Shown: positions 37,297 to 48,057, numbered from the stretch's first letter. The stretch: DNA of 64,000 bases from Thermoanaerobaculia bacterium (GCA_028066595.1 JALCBJ010000030.1:8580-72579); one strand, 5' to 3'. Notes: generated by a model from the letters alone, not told the origin. Numbers and translations: made by a program.

Positions 37297-40200
37297 GTGC
37301 TGACGATCTACACCTCCAACGGGCTCGATACGCTGGTGGAACGCCTTTCGGCGGAGGTGTCGTCGGCTCCGCTGCCTCCCCTGGAGCAGGAGATCGTCGT
37401 GGTCCAGAGCGAGGGGATGCAGCGTTGGTCGACGCTGGAGCTCGCCCGGCGTCAGGGCATCGCGGCGAGTCTCGCGACTCCGTTTCCCCGGCCGTTCTGC
37501 CGCTGGCTGGCGCTTCGGGTGCTGGATGCGGTGGACCTGCCGTTGTCGGAACCCATTTCGCGGAACGACGACACGGTCTTCGGACGCGAGCTCTTGTCCT
37601 GGCGCTTGTTCGGCCTGCTGGGCGATCTAGCGGAGGATGAGGCCCTGGGCGGATCTGCTCCCGCCGACTACTTGGCCGACGACCCAGACCAACGCAAGCG
37701 ATTCCAGCTCTCCCAGCGGTTGGGCTGGCTCTTCGACGACTATCAGCTGTTCCGTCCAGATCTGCTCGATGGGTGGGAACGTGACGGAGGGACTGGCGAA
37801 ACTGCGCTGGAGACCGAAACATGGCAGGCCGAGCTGTGGCGGCGCCTGGTCCGGTCAGCGGATGGTGAGGAGCCGTTCTCGCGTCGCCTGATGCAGCTGA
37901 CGCGCCATCTGGGAACCGCGAAGGAAGAGCCGGCCGGCCTTCCGAAGCGCCTGTGGGTGCTCGGTGTCTCGACGTTGCCGCCGGCCTTTGTGCGGGTGCT
38001 CGTCGCCATCTCTCGATGGCGGCCCGTAGGTATCTTCTTCGTCTCGCCGACCTACCACTACTGGGCCGATCTTCGGTCCGATCGTGAGCAAGCATCACTT
38101 CGGCGGCGAATGCGCCTCGACACTGCCCGTGGAGACCTCCCACATCTGGAGCGCGGGAATGCTCTGCTGGCAGCGCTGGGTCGCCAAGGCCGTGAGTTCT
38201 TCGAGATCTTGCAACGAGCCGATCCCTCGGGATCGGCTTGGCACGAGCTCGATTTTCACGATCCGGCCGAGGTTGCGCGACGGGAATCCGGTGGTTCCGA
38301 CGACTCGGGTGAGCGAGTACCCACGCTGGCTCGTTTGCAGAGCGACATCCTGCACCTCGTCGATCGCGGCGACCCGGAGGGGCCCGGGCCGGTGGCGTGG
38401 CCGGCCGACGCCCATCGTGACGAGAGTCTGGAAATCCATGCTTGCCACGCGCCCACGCGTGAGATGGAGGTGTTGAAAGACCGCTTGCTACACGCCTTCG
38501 CTTCCGACGAGACCTTGCGTCCCTCCGACGTGCTGGTCATGGTGCCCGACATCGAGCTCTACGGTCCGTACATTCAGGCGGTCTTCGGTGCCCGTGCCGG
38601 AGAAGGGCCGGAGATCCCTTTCAGCATCGCCGATCGTCGCGCTGGTCGGGAGCAGCCGCCGTCGGAAGCGATTCTCGACGTCCTCGATCTGGTGAATTCG
38701 CGCGCAACGGTACGGCAGGTTCTCGACTTGCTGGATACCCCGGCCGTCGCTCGCCGATTTGCGATCACGTCGATCGAGCTTCCGATCTTGCGCAGAATGA
38801 CGGAAGAGACGCGCATCCGCTGGGGCTTTGATGCCGAGCATCGGCGGCGCATCTTCGATGTGCCGCTGGAACAGCAGAATACCTGGCGGGCCGGCCTCGA
38901 TCGGTTGATCATGGGTTACGCGACCGGAGATACAGGAGAGCTCGTCGACACTCCGGACGGCTCTGTGCTGCCATTTTCTGGCGACACGGCGGGTGCGGCA
39001 GAGCTGTTGGGACGATTCGCGGGGTACGTCGAGACGTTGTCTTCTGTGCTCGAATCCCTACGTCATCGACGCAGCTTCGGCGAATGGGCCGACGAGCTGC
39101 TACTCGTGCTGGAGCGGCTCTTCTCGCCGCAGTCGGAAGACGAGGAGCGAGGCCTGCAAGCGATCCGGGACGCGGCGGACGAGCTTCGGCAACTGTCCGA
39201 GGTCGTAGGTCGTCGATCGCCGGGCCGAAGCCCGACCGAGAGCTCCGCCGAACCGCACGTCGATCCCGAGGCCGACGAGCCGATTCATCTCCAGGTCGTG
39301 CGGGAGCATCTGGGTGCGGTTCTTTCGACCGCGGGATTCGCCAGCGGTTTCCTGGCCGGAAAAGTGACGTTCTGTGCTCTACGTCCGATGCGCACCATTC
39401 CTTTCGGGGTGGTAGCGATCGGCGGGCTCGACGAAGGCGCCTTTCCACGTCGAGACCGCAGGCAGGAGCTTGATTTGATGGCACGGGCTCGGCGTCGCGG
39501 AGATCGTTCGATCCGTGACGATGACCGGTATCTGTTCCTGGAAACCCTGTTAGCGGCGCGTAGTCGGCTGATTCTCAGCTACGTTGGCTTCTCGCCGCAA
39601 GACGCGACCCCCCGTGAGCCGTCCGCGGTTCTATCGGAGCTACTGGACCAAGTGGACCGGACGTTTGTGTGTGCCGACGGCCGGCCTGCCCGCGACAAGG
39701 TGCTGGTGGCCCATCCTCTACAACCCTGGAGCTGGCGCTACTTCGCCGGCGGAGAGTCGGTTCTCAGGAGCTACGATGCGGTCCAGCTCCGAGCGGCGGA
39801 GGCCCTGCGAGCCGGTGGTGGCGACTCTTCACCCTTCGCCGCTTCCGCGCTGCCCCGAGGCGGAGAATCCGAGGTCGATCTGACGGTCGATGAGCTGGTC
39901 CGATTCTGGACGCATCCGATTCGGGAGTTCTGTCGTCGGCTGGGCATCGTGCTGGAGTCCGAGGAGGACGGCTCAGACGATGCCGAACCGTTCACGGTAA
40001 CAGGACTCGACGGTTTCGCGATACGGCAGTGGCTCCTGGAGGGCAGGCTCGAGGCTCGGCGAACTGGCGAAGAGGATCACAAGGTCCGCGAAGCGTCCGA
40101 GCGCGCCTTTCTGCGGGCCTGGGGAGCGCTCCCGCCCGGGAGACTCGGCGACGCAGCCTGGAACGAGCTGAGTCGGCGAGTTGACGAGCTACTGATTCGG

Positions 40201-40794
40201 ATACCGGACGAGTCCGAGCTCCAGCCGGCATCGATCGACGTGCGAGGTGACATCGGGTCGGCTGAAACTTCCTGGCGCCTCGGCGGTCGCATCGGCCAGC
40301 GTACGGTCCGGGGCCTCCTGCACTATCGCTGCGCCGGGGTTCGGGCGGCCGATCGCCTGCGCACCTGGATCGAGCACCTGGCGGTAACCGCGTCGACCGG
40401 TAGCCGGGAATCCGCGCGTCTACTCGGCGAATCTCGGGAACTGGTGTTCGATCCGCCCACCGATGCGATAGCGCTGCTCGGCTCCTTGGTCGACGGATAC
40501 CTCCACGGCCTACGTCGCCCGCTACCCCTGACTGCGGAGACGTCGCTGGCCTGGGCCGAGCAGGCTCGTGCTCTTTCCGATCCTCGACGGCGCCTGTCGC
40601 GATCGCCCCGAGAGGCCGCACGCCAGGTGTTCGAGGGACGCCACCGGATCGGCGGCGCTCTCGCGCCCGAGTCTCGCGATCCATACGTCCGCCTATGCTT
40701 CCGCGATCTCGATCTGCTCGATCACCCCGAGGCAGGCAGGTGGGCCGAGCGACTGTGGCGACCCGTGTTCGACCACCACCGGGAAGTAGCGTGA
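37297..40794 (+). CDS. recC: Exodeoxyribonuclease V gamma subunit RecC
   Basis: N-terminus (GTG) MLTIYTSNGLDTLVERL...VVVQSEGMQRWSTLELARRQGIAASL parallels E. coli RecC MLRVYHSNRLDVL...ILVQSTGMAQWL. 1165 aa; RDDDRYLFLETLL motif present. Confidence 0.85.
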   Translation: MLTIYTSNGLDTLVERLSAEVSSAPLPPLEQEIVVVQSEGMQRWSTLELARRQGIAASLATPFPRPFCRWLALRVLDAVDLPLSEPISRNDDTVFGRELLSWRLFGLLGDLAEDEALGGSAPADYLADDPDQRKRFQLSQRLGWLFDDYQLFRPDLLDGWERDGGTGETALETETWQAELWRRLVRSADGEEPFSRRLMQLTRHLGTAKEEPAGLPKRLWVLGVSTLPPAFVRVLVAISRWRPVGIFFVSPTYHYWADLRSDREQASLRRRMRLDTARGDLPHLERGNALLAALGRQGREFFEILQRADPSGSAWHELDFHDPAEVARRESGGSDDSGERVPTLARLQSDILHLVDRGDPEGPGPVAWPADAHRDESLEIHACHAPTREMEVLKDRLLHAFASDETLRPSDVLVMVPDIELYGPYIQAVFGARAGEGPEIPFSIADRRAGREQPPSEAILDVLDLVNSRATVRQVLDLLDTPAVARRFAITSIELPILRRMTEETRIRWGFDAEHRRRIFDVPLEQQNTWRAGLDRLIMGYATGDTGELVDTPDGSVLPFSGDTAGAAELLGRFAGYVETLSSVLESLRHRRSFGEWADELLLVLERLFSPQSEDEERGLQAIRDAADELRQLSEVVGRRSPGRSPTESSAEPHVDPEADEPIHLQVVREHLGAVLSTAGFASGFLAGKVTFCALRPMRTIPFGVVAIGGLDEGAFPRRDRRQELDLMARARRRGDRSIRDDDRYLFLETLLAARSRLILSYVGFSPQDATPREPSAVLSELLDQVDRTFVCADGRPARDKVLVAHPLQPWSWRYFAGGESVLRSYDAVQLRAAEALRAGGGDSSPFAASALPRGGESEVDLTVDELVRFWTHPIREFCRRLGIVLESEEDGSDDAEPFTVTGLDGFAIRQWLLEGRLEARRTGEEDHKVREASERAFLRAWGALPPGRLGDAAWNELSRRVDELLIRIPDESELQPASIDVRGDIGSAETSWRLGGRIGQRTVRGLLHYRCAGVRAADRLRTWIEHLAVTASTGSRESARLLGESRELVFDPPTDAIALLGSLVDGYLHGLRRPLPLTAETSLAWAEQARALSDPRRRLSRSPREAARQVFEGRHRIGGALAPESRDPYVRLCFRDLDLLDHPEAGRWAERLWRPVFDHHREVA

Positions 40795-43700
40795 CGACAG
40801 CTCCACTAGATCTTCTCGAAACACCGTTGGAGGGTGGTACCACGGTGATCGAAGCCAGCGCCGGAACAGGCAAGACCTACTGTCTGACGGGTCTGGTCCT
40901 ACGGCTTCTCTTGGAGCGACGAGTCGAATCGATCGGCCAGATTCTCGTCGTCACCTTTACCAACGCCGCGACGGACGAGCTGGTGGCGCGTCTCCGGAGC
41001 GCGTTGCGCGACGCCCATAGAGCGATGCTCGATAGCTCGCCCGCGGCAGATCCGTTCGTCCGAGGTCTCGTCGAACAGCATCGGGGGGCGGAGGGCGCCG
41101 ACGTGCTGCGCGATGCCCTCCTCGACCTGGACGGCATGCTCGTCTCCACGATCCACGGCTTCTGCAGGCGGGTGCTGGAAGAGAGCGCCTTCGAGAGCGG
41201 CTCGGCGTTCGATCCCGAGCTCGTGGAGGACGATGATCTGCTGCGTCTCGACGCGGCGCGGGACGCCTGGCGACGCCTGCTGTCGGAAGACGAGACAGGC
41301 CAGGTGGCACAGCTCGCCGCAGCGAAAGGGCTGACGCCTGAACGGTTCGCCGCCGAGGTGCGCGAGACGAGTCGGCATCCCGAGATCCAGATCGTGCCCG
41401 AGCCCCGGGACGTCGCCGAGGCCGCGGCGGAGCTGTCGACGCGACGTGCACAGCTCGCCGCGACGTGGCGCGGACCCAGGATGCGGCTCTTCTTGTCCCG
41501 ACGCCGATGGAAGACAGGTGCCGACCTGTCCGACGCCGGGGCGCAACGTGCGGCCGTGGCGGCAGTGGACGACTTCTGCCGGGGAACTCTGGGTCCCACC
41601 GCCATCGAAGAGCTGACCACACACCGGGTTGCGGAGCAGCTTCGCGAGCCCGCGGACGAGCTGACACGTGAGCCGGCCCTGGCGGTCATCGATGCGGTGG
41701 CCGAGTCCACCTGGCAGCTGCAGCACGCCGTCTGTTGCCGCATGGTGGCCGACGTGTCGGTGGCTCTGGCCCAGGCCAAGGAGCGGGCGGGGATCTTGGC
41801 TTTCGACGACCTCGTGCATCGACTCGATCGCGCGCTGGGCGATCCGTTGCATGGGCCGCGTCTGCGCCGCTCGGTTCGTCAGACGCTGCGAGTTGCCTTG
41901 GTCGACGAGTTCCAAGACACGGATCTCGTTCAATATCGGATCTTCCGCCGACTGTTCGACGACGGACCGCTCTACCTGGTGGGAGACCCGAAGCAAGCGA
42001 TCTACAGATTCCGTGGCGCCGATGTCTTCGCCTACCTCGAAGCCAAGCGTGCGGCCGACCGCATCTACACGCTGGATCGCAATTGGCGGAGCTCCGGAGA
42101 TCTGGTGCGCGCGGTCAATGCGTTGTTCGAAGTGGAGCGGCCCTTCGTTTACCGGGACATCCCGTACCCAGGAGTCCAGGCGGCGGCGAAGGTGGCTGCA
42201 CGGGCGCTTTCGTCGGGTGGGGCCCCTGTGGATGCTGAGGCGCCGCTGCAGGTGCACTGGCTCGGCGAAGAGGCGTCGGCGCGACGAGCGGAAGCCCGAT
42301 TGGTGGGCTGGACCTCCACGGAGGTCAGCCGGATGCTGGCGGCCGACCTCCGTTTGACGGACACCGAAGACCAGGAAGGCCGGCCGCTTCGTCCTGCCGA
42401 TCTTGCCGTTCTCGTGCGCACCAACGATCAGGCCCTCGCGGTGCAGGATGGGCTGCGGCGGGCCGGCATCCCGGCCGTGGTGAGCCGTTCCGGCGACATC
42501 TTCCATTCCGAAGAGGTGGAAGAGCTCGAGCGCGTCCTGCGGGCCATCCTCGATCCGTCCGACCGTGTCCGGCTGAAGACGGCTTGCGCGACCCGTTTGT
42601 GGGGAATGGACGCTGCGGAGCTCTTTCGTTTGTCTCAGGATTCGGAGGAACTCGAAGACGCCGATCGCTGGCAACGGTTGTTCGACACGTTCGAGGAGCT
42701 GCGCGAGGTCTGGCGCGAGGAGGGCTTCGTCTCCATGGCGCGACATTGGCTCGACTCCCACGGCGTCCGCGAGCGTTTGCTGAAGCTCGACCAAGGTGAA
42801 CGCAGACTCACGAATCTGCTGCACGGTGTCGAGGTCCTGGCACGCGCCATCCACGACGAGAGGCGGACACCCGCCGGTCTCGTGGCATGGTTGGCCGCCG
42901 AGCGTCGGCGCGCTTCCCACGACCGGGATGCCGCCGAGTTGCGGCTGGAGAGCGACGCGGAGGCGGTCGAGATTTCGACCGTCCACAAAGCCAAGGGATT
43001 GGAATACGAAGTGGTGCTCTGCCCATTTCTCTGGCAGGCGCGATCCGTCGACGCACCGCCGGTAACGGTACATGTCTCCTCTGTAGGCCTGCTACGTGAG
43101 CACGGTTCCTGGCCGCCTGAGCAAGGTGTCGTCGGCTCCAGGGTGGATCGGCATCTGGCCGCGGCAGAAGCCGAACGGTTGGCGGAAGACCTGAGGCTTG
43201 TGTACGTTGCGTTGACCCGAGCGAGGAGGCGCTGCCTGGTGGCGTGGGGTGCCATCGGCCGGGGCGCCGCGTCGTCGGCTTCTGGCCTGGCTTACTTGCT
43301 TCACCGTCGCCAGCAGGTGGTCGATTCGGACCTCGACGCCGCTGTCTGGTCGGCGAATGCGCTGGACGAAGCGCGTCGACGTGTGAGCGATTGGTTCAGC
43401 GACTTGACCGGATGGGCCGAACACCACGCGAGCCTCGTCGAGATCCGATCGATCGAGACCGAGGTCGTACCAGGAGCCTGGCAGAACGGGTCTGAGGTGC
43501 AGTCGAAGCTGCAGGCCAGAGAGCTGCCAATGTCGGTGCGTCGGCAGCTCAAGCCTTGGCAGATCTCCAGCTTCTCAAGCCTCAGTCGCGCGGCCCACGG
43601 CGAGTCGAGCAGGGAGCTGCCGGACCGTGCCGATCCCTCGAGGGTGCAGCCACCTGTCGGCAGCGGGAGCAGCAGTGCGCCACAGGGGATCTTCGCCTTC

Positions 43701-44552
43701 GCTCGCGGGCCCCGTGCCGGTCAATGTCTGCACGACATCCTCGAGAACCTCGACTTTGCCATGGCGGCAGACCCCCAGGCCCATGACCAGGTCGCAGATC
43801 TGGTGCGACGACAGCTGCAGCGCTTCGGCCTAGCGGAGCAGAGCGTGCACGATGACGGCTCCGGGCCATGGGTTCCGGAACACGTCGTCGTCGACCTGCT
43901 GCGCCGGTTGGTGCAGGTGGCTCTGCCGGACGGCCCGCGCCTTCGGTCGGTGGAGCGAGGAGGCCGGCTTGCGGAATGGCAGTTCTGGGCGCCGCTGAGA
44001 CCGGTGGCGGCTGCAGACTTGGCAGATTGTTTCCGCAGCGGGTCGCGGGAATCCTGGGTTTCCGACTACGCCGATCGGCTCGCGACGTTGTCTCCCCGGG
44101 AGGTGGAAGGCTTCCTGACTGGCTACGTCGACTTGGTGTTCGAATGGCAGGGTCGGTTCTACGTCGTCGACTGGAAATCCAACCATCTGGGCAACTCCGT
44201 CGCGGACTACGACAGCGGAGCTCTGATGCGTGCCATGGCGGAGCATCACTACTTCCTGCAGTACCACCTCTATGTGGTGGCTCTTCTGCGCTACCTGCGC
44301 TCACGAGGCGACTCCCGCGACTACGACGAGGTGCTCGGGGCGGTCTACTACGTGTTTCTGCGCGGAATCGCCCAAGCAGACGAGATCCCGGCGGCGGGGC
44401 AGCTGGGACTCTTTGCGCAGGCCCAGCCAGATTGCGACGCCTCGATGCACGTTTCGGCGGAGACGGGCATCTTCTGCGATCGACCGTCCCGTGAGTTGAT
44501 CGAGGAACTCGACGCGCTCCTCTTCGGCCCGGCGCGAAAGACGACCTCGTGA
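40791..44552 (+). CDS. recB: Exodeoxyribonuclease V beta subunit RecB (UvrD-like helicase + PD-(D/E)xK nuclease)
   Basis: GTG start overlaps the recC stop (GTGA). N-terminus VTTAPLDLLETPLEGGTTVIEASAGTGKTY matches RecB (Walker A). Helicase motifs (LVDEFQDTD, YLVGDPKQAIYRFRGA) and C-terminal nuclease motifs (GYVDLVFEWQGRFYVVDWKSN) present. Confidence 0.85.
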   Translation: MTTAPLDLLETPLEGGTTVIEASAGTGKTYCLTGLVLRLLLERRVESIGQILVVTFTNAATDELVARLRSALRDAHRAMLDSSPAADPFVRGLVEQHRGAEGADVLRDALLDLDGMLVSTIHGFCRRVLEESAFESGSAFDPELVEDDDLLRLDAARDAWRRLLSEDETGQVAQLAAAKGLTPERFAAEVRETSRHPEIQIVPEPRDVAEAAAELSTRRAQLAATWRGPRMRLFLSRRRWKTGADLSDAGAQRAAVAAVDDFCRGTLGPTAIEELTTHRVAEQLREPADELTREPALAVIDAVAESTWQLQHAVCCRMVADVSVALAQAKERAGILAFDDLVHRLDRALGDPLHGPRLRRSVRQTLRVALVDEFQDTDLVQYRIFRRLFDDGPLYLVGDPKQAIYRFRGADVFAYLEAKRAADRIYTLDRNWRSSGDLVRAVNALFEVERPFVYRDIPYPGVQAAAKVAARALSSGGAPVDAEAPLQVHWLGEEASARRAEARLVGWTSTEVSRMLAADLRLTDTEDQEGRPLRPADLAVLVRTNDQALAVQDGLRRAGIPAVVSRSGDIFHSEEVEELERVLRAILDPSDRVRLKTACATRLWGMDAAELFRLSQDSEELEDADRWQRLFDTFEELREVWREEGFVSMARHWLDSHGVRERLLKLDQGERRLTNLLHGVEVLARAIHDERRTPAGLVAWLAAERRRASHDRDAAELRLESDAEAVEISTVHKAKGLEYEVVLCPFLWQARSVDAPPVTVHVSSVGLLREHGSWPPEQGVVGSRVDRHLAAAEAERLAEDLRLVYVALTRARRRCLVAWGAIGRGAASSASGLAYLLHRRQQVVDSDLDAAVWSANALDEARRRVSDWFSDLTGWAEHHASLVEIRSIETEVVPGAWQNGSEVQSKLQARELPMSVRRQLKPWQISSFSSLSRAAHGESSRELPDRADPSRVQPPVGSGSSSAPQGIFAFARGPRAGQCLHDILENLDFAMAADPQAHDQVADLVRRQLQRFGLAEQSVHDDGSGPWVPEHVVVDLLRRLVQVALPDGPRLRSVERGGRLAEWQFWAPLRPVAAADLADCFRSGSRESWVSDYADRLATLSPREVEGFLTGYVDLVFEWQGRFYVVDWKSNHLGNSVADYDSGALMRAMAEHHYFLQYHLYVVALLRYLRSRGDSRDYDEVLGAVYYVFLRGIAQADEIPAAGQLGLFAQAQPDCDASMHVSAETGIFCDRPSRELIEELDALLFGPARKTTS

Positions 44553-46396
44553 CCTCCCGTCTTCCCACCTTGCCCTCGGGGCTCTCCGACGTCGATGTCG
44601 CCCTGGCCCGACTTGTCCATCGACTGTGGCCCGGGGACGAGTTGCTTCCACGGACAGCGGCTTTGGTCAGCCACGAGAGAGGACTCGGACACGTCTGTGT
44701 GCATCTGAGCGAGCAGGCGGGCCTGTTGGCCGAGGCGCGCGATGAGTTGCAGCCGGAGGCCGAAGCCAGGTCGTTCCGTTGGCCTGAAGTTGCGGAGTGG
44801 CGACGCCGGTTGTTGGCCTCCGGTGTGGCCGTTACCGGGAACTCCGAGCTGCTGGCACCGCTCGTCCTCGACGAGGCCGACCGGCTCTATTTGACTCGCT
44901 ACTACTGGGCGGAAAAAGGGCTGGCGCAGGGTCTGGCGGCCTGCGCGAAGGAAGCGAGCGACGTGCCCCCGGACCCGTCGAGCCGTGCTCTTCGGACTTC
45001 CCTCTTCGCCCCAGACGACCCCCGCGTTACCGATCAGGCACGGGCCGCGGAGGCTGCGCTGCGTGGTGGCCTGACTCTGATCAGCGGTGGACCTGGGACG
45101 GGCAAGACCACCACCGTGACCCGCATTCTCCTGCTCCTGTTGTCCTCGCGACCCGACCTTCGGATCGCTCTCGCAGCACCGACAGGCAAGGCCTCGGCTC
45201 GGCTCGGTGAGTCGATCGCCGCCAGCCTCGATGATCTGACACATCAGCCGGAGCTGGAAGCCACGCTGTCCCAGGCGGCTCCCGAGGCACTCGACCGGAT
45301 CCCGCGGACAGCGCGGACTCTGCACCGCCTGCTCGGCTATCGTCCACGCTACGACCGATTTATTCACCGATCGGAGAATCCGCTACCGTGTGACCTGGTC
45401 GTCGTGGACGAGGCATCGATGGTGGATCTACTGTTGATGTCGGCTCTCGTAGATGCATTGCCCGACGGCGCGTCTCTGCTGCTGCTGGGTGATCGCGATC
45501 AGTTGACCAGTGTGGAGGCGGGCTTCGTGTTCGGTGACCTCGCGGAGGCAGCCAAGAGCTCTGGTGAAGAGCGCTGCGATCCGGATGTCGAGAGCATCGG
45601 CTCGTTGGTGGAGCTTCGGCATAGCTGGCGTTTCGCCCGGCGTATCGGTATCGGTGATCTGGCCGAAGCGGTGCGAAGAGGGGATGCCACCGAAGCGTTG
45701 CGGGTCCTGGACGACAGCGCGCGAGACGACGTATCGCTTTCGCGCCACCTCGGGACTGACGCAATCCTGGAGCCTTTGAAGTCGCCGATCGAAGAGCTCT
45801 TGGCAGCCGAGGACCCTTCGACGGCGTTGTCGAAGCTCTCCACCTTCCGCATCCTATGCGCAACCCGGGTCGGCCCCTGGGGCGTCGAGCGCATGAATCG
45901 GGTCGTCGAAGGCTGGCTCGCGGAGCGTGGCCATCCCACCGAGGAACGCTTCTATCCTTGCCGCCCGATCCTGGTCCAGGAAAACGACTACCAGAATGGC
46001 CTGTTCAATGGCGACCTAGGCCTCTGCTGGCACCAGGGCGGGCGTACATGGGCCATCTTTCCTGGGCCTGACCCTGCTTCGCCTCGCAGGCTTCCACTCG
46101 CGAAGCTGCCGCGTCACGACACAGCATGGGCCATGACCGTGCACAAGAGTCAGGGTTCGGAGTTCGATCGAGTCCTGCTCGTCCTCCCTGAGGATGGCGC
46201 GTCGGCAGGCTCCGTCTTGAGTCGTGAGCTGGTCTACACCGGCCTGACCCGGGCCAAGCGCCGTGTCGACCTGGTGGCTACACCAGAGGTCCTTCGAGAG
46301 GCCCTGACGCGCAGCGGTCGACGACGGTCCGGTCTGGTGGATGCTCTGCGGCTCGAAGCCGGTTCGAGGCGGGGTGCCGGAAGCACACCGGACTGA
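44549..46396 (+). CDS. recD: Exodeoxyribonuclease V alpha subunit RecD
   Basis: GTG start overlaps the recB stop (GTGA). Walker A LISGGPGTGKTTTV; DEASMVD (Walker B); TVHKSQGSEFDRVLLV (motif VI). Confidence 0.85.
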   Translation: MTSRLPTLPSGLSDVDVALARLVHRLWPGDELLPRTAALVSHERGLGHVCVHLSEQAGLLAEARDELQPEAEARSFRWPEVAEWRRRLLASGVAVTGNSELLAPLVLDEADRLYLTRYYWAEKGLAQGLAACAKEASDVPPDPSSRALRTSLFAPDDPRVTDQARAAEAALRGGLTLISGGPGTGKTTTVTRILLLLLSSRPDLRIALAAPTGKASARLGESIAASLDDLTHQPELEATLSQAAPEALDRIPRTARTLHRLLGYRPRYDRFIHRSENPLPCDLVVVDEASMVDLLLMSALVDALPDGASLLLLGDRDQLTSVEAGFVFGDLAEAAKSSGEERCDPDVESIGSLVELRHSWRFARRIGIGDLAEAVRRGDATEALRVLDDSARDDVSLSRHLGTDAILEPLKSPIEELLAAEDPSTALSKLSTFRILCATRVGPWGVERMNRVVEGWLAERGHPTEERFYPCRPILVQENDYQNGLFNGDLGLCWHQGGRTWAIFPGPDPASPRRLPLAKLPRHDTAWAMTVHKSQGSEFDRVLLVLPEDGASAGSVLSRELVYTGLTRAKRRVDLVATPEVLREALTRSGRRRSGLVDALRLEAGSRRGAGSTPD

Positions 46397-46419
46397 GTGG
46401 CGTCGGCTCGACGGAGTCG

Positions 46420-47475
46420 TTACCAAGGGTTGGACAGCTCCGGGGCTTCGAGGAATGCGTCGTCTGTCAGGGCGTGGAGGAATGCCACGAGATCGGCCGC
46501 CTGTTGGTCCGTCAGCTCGAATCCCCGGATCAACTCGTCGCGCAGTGGATTGCGGGTTCGGCCTCCGCGTGCGTAAGTCTCCACGACCTCTTCCAAGGTC
46601 CCGACACTGCCGTCGTGCATGTAGGGCGCCGTAACAGCGATGTTGCGCAAGGTCGGGGCGCGGAAACGTCCCATGTCTTCCGGACGGCCCGTGTGCCGAT
46701 ACAAACCCTCGCTACCGGCAGGGTAGGCGCCTTTGCCGTCGACGTCGTACAGACCCGTGTTGAAGAATTCGCCCGGACCTGCCGAGAAGCCGAAGCCACC
46801 ATGACACTGAGAGCAGGAGAGTCTGGCAGAGAAGAAGAGGCGCATGCCGCGACGGGCCGCTTCGGGTAGGGGCCGGTCGTCGTGCAGCCAACGATCGTAG
46901 GGCGAGTCGCCGGAAAGCAGAGTTCGTTCGAAGGCGGCGAGCGCCACGACGATCCGGTCCAGTGAGATGGGATCTCCCGTCATCGGGAAGGCGTCTCGAA
47001 ACAGAGGCGCGTAGCGTGGCTCGTCCCGCAGGCGCGCTAGAGCCTCATCCTCATGGCCTCGAAGGCCCATCTCGACCGGATGCTCGTTGAGTAGCGGTAC
47101 GAGAGCTTGGTCTTCGAGGCGAGTCAGGTCGGGGTCGTCCCAGCCGAGGCTGCCGGCATAGGCGACGTTGGCCAGGCTCATGGCGCCCCGCGGATGTAGC
47201 TGACCTGTGGCGCCGATGGCGCGGGCCCGACCGTCGGTGAACGCGAGGTCTTGTTGGTGGCAGTCGGCGCAGGAGATCCCGCGGTTCACCGACAGCCGAC
47301 GATCGTAGAAGAGATGCCGACCCAGCTCCACACGGGCAGACTGAGTTTCGGGATCGAGAGTGGCCGCGGATTCGAGCAGGGGAAATCCGCGCGGCCGGTC
47401 AGACGCCAACGCTGCTGCTGCAAGGCTCGTCAGAATGAGCAGCGTCGGCGTAGCCACCCTAGGAATGCCAGCCAA
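46420..47475 (-). CDS. Di-haem cytochrome c peroxidase (CCP/MauG family)
   Basis: Signal peptide; two CxxCH haem motifs (CADCHQ, CSQCHGG). Confidence 0.85.
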   Translation of the reverse strand: MAGIPRVATPTLLILTSLAAAALASDRPRGFPLLESAATLDPETQSARVELGRHLFYDRRLSVNRGISCADCHQQDLAFTDGRARAIGATGQLHPRGAMSLANVAYAGSLGWDDPDLTRLEDQALVPLLNEHPVEMGLRGHEDEALARLRDEPRYAPLFRDAFPMTGDPISLDRIVVALAAFERTLLSGDSPYDRWLHDDRPLPEAARRGMRLFFSARLSCSQCHGGFGFSAGPGEFFNTGLYDVDGKGAYPAGSEGLYRHTGRPEDMGRFRAPTLRNIAVTAPYMHDGSVGTLEEVVETYARGGRTRNPLRDELIRGFELTDQQAADLVAFLHALTDDAFLEAPELSNPW

Positions 47476-47487
47476 GGCTGGATGGCG

Positions 47488-47976
47488 CTAGTTCGTCCAG
47501 GTGCCGGCGAGTCCGGCCGTACCCTCGGGCTCCTCACCCGTCGCGATCACCTGCAGCAAGGCCTTGGCTAGCTCGCCGTCGAGCTCCGCCAGCGTGTTGT
47601 GATCGGCCTTCGCCTTGGCTTCGTCGCCCAAGAGGACATACAGCACTCCGCGGTACATGTAGGCCTCCGCCAGTTTCGGGTTCAGCTCCAAGGCGCGGTT
47701 GTAGTGCTCCAGGGCCTTGTCGCGATGTGCATCGCCCTGCTTGCGTAGCGAGAAGCCGAGATTGTTGTGCGCTTCGGCGAAGTCGTCCTTCGCGGCCAGG
47801 GCGGCCTCGAAGCTCTTCTGCGCGGCAGCGAAGTCGCCAGCTTTCATCTGGTCGACACCCTGGTTGTAGGACTCGGCCCACTTGGCTGGCTCTTCCTTCT
47901 TCTTGGAGCCGGCGGCAAAGGCGCAGGTGGCGGCCAGTAGGAGGGCGGTCGTGACGATGATGGTCTTGCGGATCAT
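47488..47976 (-). CDS. Small TPR-repeat secreted/lipo-protein
   Basis: ORF 47488..48411, trimmed to MIRKTIIVTTALLLAATCAFAAG (ATG at 47976, AAGGAG RBS 6 nt upstream). Signal peptide with a lipobox-like AATC, followed by TPR-like helices (AEAHNNLGFSLRKQGD..., AEAYMYRGVLYVLLGD). Confidence 0.65.
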   Translation of the reverse strand: MIRKTIIVTTALLLAATCAFAAGSKKKEEPAKWAESYNQGVDQMKAGDFAAAQKSFEAALAAKDDFAEAHNNLGFSLRKQGDAHRDKALEHYNRALELNPKLAEAYMYRGVLYVLLGDEAKAKADHNTLAELDGELAKALLQVIATGEEPEGTAGLAGTWTN

Positions 47977-48057
47977 GCTGGGGGCTCCTTGCGTGAGTGG
48001 TGGGATGGGAAGCGTATCAACCCTGGTGGTGGTGAGGCCGGGCGTAGGATGAAGCGT

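Noticed and set aside
40695-40790. Upstream ATG start for recB (MLPRSRSARSPRGRQVG...).
   Set aside because: The extension lies inside the recC coding region in another frame and is Arg-rich. The RecB homology (LDLLETPLEGGTTVIEASAGTGKTY) starts right after the GTG at 40791, which overlaps the recC stop (GTGA).
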